64,000 nt of DNA from NCBI GenBank assembly GCA_965261395.1, contig OZ253462.1, forward strand, positions 2,528,001 to 2,592,000, given 5' to 3'. Positions 58,843 to 64,000 of the stretch are shown piece by piece. Under the pieces are notes generated by a model. The model was given only the letters and a program-made list of their open reading frames with translations. It made no database searches and was not told the DNA's origin. Positions within the stretch are counted from its first letter, which is position 1. Every line of letters starts with the position of its first letter. The DNA comes from Candidatus Latescibacterota bacterium (GTDB lineage: Bacteria; Latescibacterota; UBA2968; UBA8231). Position numbers and translations under genes: made by a program.

Positions 58843-58869
58843 GGGCAAAGCCTAGCGTTGTTTGCTTTA

Positions 58870-58975
58870 GTAGGGGCAACCCTTAGGGTTGCCCTTTTCG
58901 GATAGGGTTGCCCTTTTCGGATCCCACCGGCTGAATGCGCCAGATAGCTTGGGCGCCCCCAAGGGACGCCCCTAC
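58870..58975. repeat. GTAG-type REP inverted pair (REPIN/BIME-like) with internal 19-bp tandem duplication
   Basis: GTAGGGGCAACCCTTAGGGTTGCCC and inverted GGGCGCCCCCAAGGGACGCCCCTAC; TAGGGTTGCCCTTTTCGGA occurs twice. Confidence 0.75.
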
Positions 58976-59111
58976 GCCTACCCGTTCGGTGTCGATGATA
59001 ATACAAAAAGATAAAAAGGGATTCTGCGTGCAGTGGCAAAATTGCACTTAGGAACCTCGGGGTGGTGATTGTACATGTTCGTGCGTTAATTGAAGTGGCG
59101 GTGACTTAAAC

Positions 59112-60700
59112 GTGAATCAAAACGCTCCCAACATCCATCCCCGCGAAGTGCGCCAGGCCCTTATGTGGTTTGCCGGCGTCCTGTGGCGCGGCGCGCCTTG
59201 GGCCATGGCCGTTGGCGTCTGCGGCCAATTTCTGCCGGCCTTATTGCCAGCGGCGAGAATCCTAGTCATCAAGGAACTCGTCGATGGCGTCCACGCAGTG
59301 TACGGCCAAGGGGAGGCGGGCGACAGTAGTGCCGCTGCTGGCTTGGTTGGCCGGGCTGCGGTTGTTGGAGGCGATGCTCTCGGCGGTGCGGGGCCACGCG
59401 GCGGCCGTGGTGCGGGAAAAGACGAGCTGGAAGTTGCAGGAGCGGGTACTCGAGCAGGCAGCGCAGGTGGGGCTGGACAAGTTCGAGTACCCAGAATTCT
59501 TCGATCGCATGCAGCGGGCGCTGCGGGCGGCGTACTTCCGGGCTTATGGCATCTTCCGGGATGCAATGTCCACGCTCGAAAGTGCTATTGTGATCTGCAC
59601 CTTGATCGCGCTCTTTGCGACCGGGCACTGGTCAATCCCGGTGGTGCTGTTTTTGGGCACAGCCCCGATTTTCTATACCCAAATGCGGCGCGGGCGCGAA
59701 ATCTACGCGCTCTTCTACGAGCAGACGCCCGAGCAGCGACGCGCCGAGTACTTGGTGGGTTTGATGACCGACCGCGACGCCGCCAAGGAGATCCGGCTCT
59801 ACGGGTTAGGAGACTTCCTCTGCTGCACTTGGGAATCCTTGGCGCAGACGCTCAGGCAGCAGCGCTTCCGGCTGACGCTGCAACAGCAGCGCTATCTGTT
59901 CGGCGGGCGGCTAAGCGGGATTGGTTCGGCGCTGTTGGCGCTGGTCATTCTACTCTATCAGGCTGCTTATGGTGCCCTGACCTTGGGTGGATTTTTCGCC
60001 TTAGCCGAGGCCATCGTGCGCTTCCAAGGGACCCTCTTCCAGATGCTCCGCTAGATGGGCGATGTCTTTGAGCAGGCGCTCTATATCCGCGACTTGCGCT
60101 CGTTTGTGGAGTCGCCGACCGAGCAGGGAGCGGGATGGGAAGAGTTATCCGAGCAGCCGTTGGACATCGCCGTCGAGGGGTTGGGGTTTGCCTACGGCGA
60201 CGGGCCGCCGGTACTCAACGGGGTCGAGCTGCGGCTCAGGCCCGGGGAGAAGCTGGCGCTGGTAGGTGCCAACGGAGCTGGCAAGACGACCTTGGTCAAG
60301 CTGCTGCTAGGGCTGTATCCGCCGGGCGAGGGGCGGGTGCTCTACAATGGAGTGGACGGACGCCGGATTGACCCGGAGGTATTGCGGCGGCGCTGTGCGG
60401 CCGTCTTCCAAGACTTTGTGCAGTATCAGCGCACAGCGCGGGAGAATATTGGCTATGGGCAGACCGAGGAACTAGGCGACCAAACCCGGGTGGAGCGAGC
60501 GGCGCAGGAGGGCGGAAGTGCGCCGCTAGTAGAGGCGCTGGCCGCGCGCTACGACGCGACCTTGGGGCGTTACTTCGAGGGGGGACAAGACCTATCGCGC
60601 GGACAGTGGCAGAAGCTGGCGCTGTCTCGTGCCTATTTCCGCGACGCACAGCTTCTGGTCTTCGACGAGCCGACCGCGGCGCTGGATCCGCGGGCCGAGT
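59112..60700 (+). pseudogene. ABC exporter ATP-binding/permease (frameshift ~59320, in-frame TAG 60052, C-terminus deleted)
   Basis: Three ORF pieces; GANGAGKT, LSRGQWQK, FDEPTAALDPRAE, then an abrupt end. Confidence 0.85.
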
Positions 60701-62381
60701 TAGCTCCCTGCTGCCAGCGGTAGACCTGTGGCTGACCGGGCGGATCGTCGATGAGCTGGCCGCGGTGTTGGGCGAGGGGCGGGCGGCTTTTTTGCAGGTC
60801 CTGCCCTGGGTCGGCGGATTTTTCGGCACGCTCTTTGCCTACATGCTGCTCGATATGGCGCGGGCGATCTTGCAGGTCGATGTGCAGGAAAAAATCGGTG
60901 TGCGGATACAGCGCCGAGTCATCGACAAGGTGCAAAAAGTCGAGCTGGCTAGCTTTGAGCATCCCGCGTTCTACGATGCGCTCAAGCGGGCCAACGAGGA
61001 CCTGAGCGGCCGACTTTTGAGTCTGCTCAATGTGGTGCTGGACGTCATCGGCTCACTCGGGGGATTGGCCGCGATTGTGGGGGTGATGCTAACTGGGCAC
61101 TGGGCGCTGGGACCGCTGGTGGTGATCGGTTCGGTGCCGGGGGTGTGGGTGATGATGTGGATGAACAAGAAGACGCACTACGTCTATCGCGAGCGCACGC
61201 CGCAGTACCGCGAAACAACCTATTTCCGCGAACTGATGACCAAGCGCGAGGAGGCGATGGAGGTGCGGCTGTTCACCCTGCGCGACCATCTGCTCGACAC
61301 GTGGCGCGAGAAAGTGGTCGCACTGGCAAAAGAGCGGCGCGGGCTAGAGACCAAACAAGCATGGCTCGGCGGGCTGACCTCCAGCATTGACGGCTGGGCC
61401 TACGTGGGCTGTCTGACGATCCTCGCCTGGATGGTGGCCGGGGCGCAATTGACGATTGGCCAGTACGGAATGCTGACGCGGGCGGTGCAGCAGTTTACTT
61501 GGCGGCTCGAAGGGATCATGCGCTCGCTGGGCACCCTGCACGAGGAGTCCCTTTACTTGGGAGACCTCTACGAGTTTTTCAGCCTAGTGGCCCCGGAGGA
61601 ATCCGCAGGGCCAGCAGACTCAAGCGGGACGCTGGCAAGGGAAAATTTGCCGCTGCGCTTCGAGCAGGTGTCCTTCCGCTATCCTGGAGGTGAAGAGGTG
61701 CTCGAGGAGATCAATTTGGAAATTCGTCCAGGCGAGCGGATCGCGCTGGTGGGTGAAAACGGGGCCGGCAAGACGACCTTGGTCAAGCTGATGATGGGGC
61801 TGTACCAGCCGACGAGCGGACAAATTCTACTCGGCGACAAGCCGCTACAGGATTGGCCGCGGGAGCGGGTCCGGCGGCTTTTTGCGGCCGTCTTCCAAGA
61901 CTTCGTGCGCTTCCAGTTTTCGGTGCGCGACAATATCGCCTTTGGTTCGTTGGGCGAGCAGGCAGCCGTCGAGCAGGCGGCCGAGTGGGCGGGGGCGGCC
62001 GAGTTTATAGCCGAGCTACCCGGCCAGTACGGGGCCCTGCTGGGCAAGGAGCTGGGGGGCGCGGATCTATCGACCGGACAGTGGCAAAAGCTAGCGACAG
62101 CCAGAGCACTGGTGCGGGCGGCCGAGTTCGTGGTGCTGGACGAGCCGACGGCGGCGCTGGACCCCAAAGCCGAAGCCGAAGTCTATCGACACTTTGGGGA
62201 GATGACCAGAGGCAAAGCCTCGGTGTTGATTTCTCACCGGCTGGGTGCAGCGAGGATCGCCGGCCGGATTTTAGTGCTCAAGGGGGGGCGACTCATCGAG
62301 CAAGGGACGCACGAGGCATTGATGCAGAAAGGCGGAGAGTACAGCCGTTTGTTCAGCCTACAAGCTCGGTGGTACGAGTAA
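60701..62381 (+). pseudogene. Second ABC exporter ATP-binding/permease, 5'-truncated
   Basis: Begins mid-TM (SLLPAVDLWLTGRIVD); GENGAGKT, LSTGQWQK, LDEPTA, ISHR are intact. Confidence 0.8.
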
Positions 62382-62384
62382 GGG

Positions 62385-62654
62385 CTAGCGCCGTCGGCCC
62401 CTGCGGGGCTTACCGCGCGGACGCGCGGAGGGGCGGTCGGCCATTTCCTGGACGACCAGGTCAAGGCCCTTGAGATTTTGCCCGTTGAGCATGTCGATGG
62501 CCTCGCGGGCCGCGGCCTTGCTGGGCATGTCGATTTGGCCCCAGCGGCGGCGTGGATCAATGGTAACGGCGGCGACGGCCCCGAACAACTCGAACAGCAT
62601 GCGGAGGTCCTCTTCGGTGGCACCAGTCGCTATATTATCGATGCGAATCTTCAT
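62385..62654 (-). CDS. RRM RNA-binding protein
   Basis: MKIRIDNI...TEEDLRMLFELFG...AIDMLNGQNLKG.DLVV; Arg-rich tail. Confidence 0.85.
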   Translation of the reverse strand: MKIRIDNIATGATEEDLRMLFELFGAVAAVTIDPRRRWGQIDMPSKAAAREAIDMLNGQNLKGLDLVVQEMADRPSARPRGKPRRGRRR

Positions 62655-62664
62655 CTAATTTCCT

Positions 62665-62706
62665 AAAAATAAAAAGGGGGTGATGCAGTGTACATCACCC
62701 CCTTTT
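62665..62706 (-). terminator. Intrinsic terminator after the csp gene
   Basis: AAAAGGGGGTGATG/CATCACCCCCTTTT stem with a TTTTTATTTTT tract on the minus strand. Confidence 0.85.
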
Positions 62707-62726
62707 GCACTATCTAAGGGCCAGAC

Positions 62727-62936
62727 CTAAACTGGTCTGACGCCCTCAGCCGCCGGGCCTTTCTTGCCCTGAACGACTTCAAACTCCACTTGCTGCCCGT
62801 CGGACAAGGTGCGGAACCCCTCGGCCTGGATCGCGCTGTGGTGGACGAAAACATCTTCGCCGTTCTCGCGCTCGATAAATCCGAAGCCCTTCGCGTCGTT
62901 GAACCATTTTACGGTTCCCTTCTCGCGATCTGCCAT
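62727..62936 (-). CDS. csp: Cold-shock domain protein
   Basis: [15 protein letters not shown]...DVFVHHSAI...GFRTL. Confidence 0.96.
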   Translation of the reverse strand: MADREKGTVKWFNDAKGFGFIERENGEDVFVHHSAIQAEGFRTLSDGQQVEFEVVQGKKGPAAEGVRPV

Positions 62937-63326
62937 GGGTAAAATCCTTTGCATTGTGCGGTTAGAGCAGAACGTGCGAATAACTTTGAGTAGGAATCTA
63001 CTGCTTCAGGCTTTTCGGTAGGAAAACTACATCAGGCCTAGGGTAGGGTCTACGCGGATCCGAACGACTGCCAACGTGGTTCAAAATGCCCCTACAACTA
63101 TTGCAGAGACAAGCGATTGGGGTAAATATAGTCAATCTCAGCCGCAGCACAAGTAACTAATTTGCCTGCCGCCGGGCCGTCCAACCTGCTCAAACCCATC
63201 CCTGCCCCTCCACTCCTTGGTTTGGAATTGGCACTGCGGCCTCTATATTAAAGGAATTCACAACCGGATAGACGGCCCAATCCGTTTGTCCGTCCATCCA
63301 CTCGCACAAATGGAAACAGACGACTA

Positions 63327-64000
63327 ATGAGCGCAACCGGACCGGGGTTTGCCGCCGAAGACCTGAGCCTCTTCGCGCGGATACAGCGCGTGTTTTACGC
63401 GCCGCGCACGGCTTTTGCCGCGGTGCGAGGCCAAGAGACCGCGCACGACTGGTTGCTACCGGCCCTCCTCGTCTGCGCCGTGGGCCTCGGGGCATACCAC
63501 CTGACCTTAGACGCAGTAACCGATCTAGAGGGCCCAGCCGTACAGCAGCATCTAGAGAACATGGACGAAGCGGAGCAACAGCGCTACAAAGAGAGTGCGG
63601 CCATGATGCGGGCGCACGGCTGGATGATGATCCCGGTTGGGCTTTTTGCCTCCTTAGTCGTAGTCGGGGGCGTGCTTTTGGGGCTGGCGCGCTCCGTTTT
63701 CCAAGCCGAGGTCAGCTACCGGCAAATGCTGATCGTCAAAGCGTATGCGGCATTGGTGGTGGCTATCGAGTGGGCGGTGCGGGCGGTGCTGGTGCTGGCA
63801 ACCGGCGATATCGGGGCGCATCTGGGGCTGGGCCTCTTTCTATCCGAGGAGGCCGCAGCCACGTTTGGCGGCCGGGTGCTCACGGCCCTCAACCCCTTTG
63901 ACCTGTGGCAGGTTGGGATCATGGGCATCGGGTTGAGCGTTTTGGCCGACGCGCCCATGCGGAAGGCGACCCTCGCGCTTGGGCTGCTGTGGCTGTTCTG
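63327..64000 (+). CDS. Yip1-family membrane protein (partial, runs off the window)
   Basis: Not in the ORF track. Open frame MSATGPG...RVFYAPRTAFAAV...WLLPALL...LNPFDLW...GIGLS. Confidence 0.75.
   Translation, partial: MSATGPGFAAEDLSLFARIQRVFYAPRTAFAAVRGQETAHDWLLPALLVCAVGLGAYHLTLDAVTDLEGPAVQQHLENMDEAEQQRYKESAAMMRAHGWMMIPVGLFASLVVVGGVLLGLARSVFQAEVSYRQMLIVKAYAALVVAIEWAVRAVLVLATGDIGAHLGLGLFLSEEAAATFGGRVLTALNPFDLWQVGIMGIGLSVLADAPMRKATLALGLLWLF

Noticed and set aside
60052-60054. Stop-codon read-through or TAG recoding
   Set aside because: Many intact genes here end in TAG, and the same gene carries two other lesions.
1-64000. CRISPR array or rRNA
   Set aside because: No regularly spaced repeat-spacer series and no rRNA-like sequence seen.

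Overview
A 64 kb GC-rich bacterial chromosome segment. The gene style (FlgD/CHU_C-tailed surface proteins, many PhyH dioxygenases, many toxin-antitoxin fragments) suggests a Latescibacterota/Gemmatimonadota-like, possibly host-associated organism; this is inference only. In order it contains: (1) an operon of three large uncharacterised envelope proteins; (2) a ~16 kb tandem array of MacB/FtsX-type ABC permeases with two ATPases and a membrane-fusion protein, under a clear sigma-54 promoter, IHF site and enhancer and a divergent NtrC-type two-component system, with visible duplication and deletion scars; (3) TA genes and two convergent TonB receptors, one broken; (4) a non-discriminating-type aspS preceded by what looks like a complete ribosome-mediated attenuator with an Asn-rich leader peptide (NNNN), antiterminator and terminator; (5) a type I R-M locus with a PtuA/PtuB-like ATPase+HNH pair between hsdS and hsdR, and an HsdR fused to a LexA-like S24 autopeptidase domain; (6) metabolic genes (glcB, SDR, PhyH paralogues including one with an HxG motif), tRNA-Glu(CTC), a Kef-like antiporter, a REP pair, decayed ABC exporters, csp/RRM genes and a partial Yip1 gene. 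The strongest novelty candidates are the Asn-sensing aspS attenuator and the R-M/PtuAB/HsdR-S24 defence locus. All family calls come from motif recognition by eye; no database searches were run.
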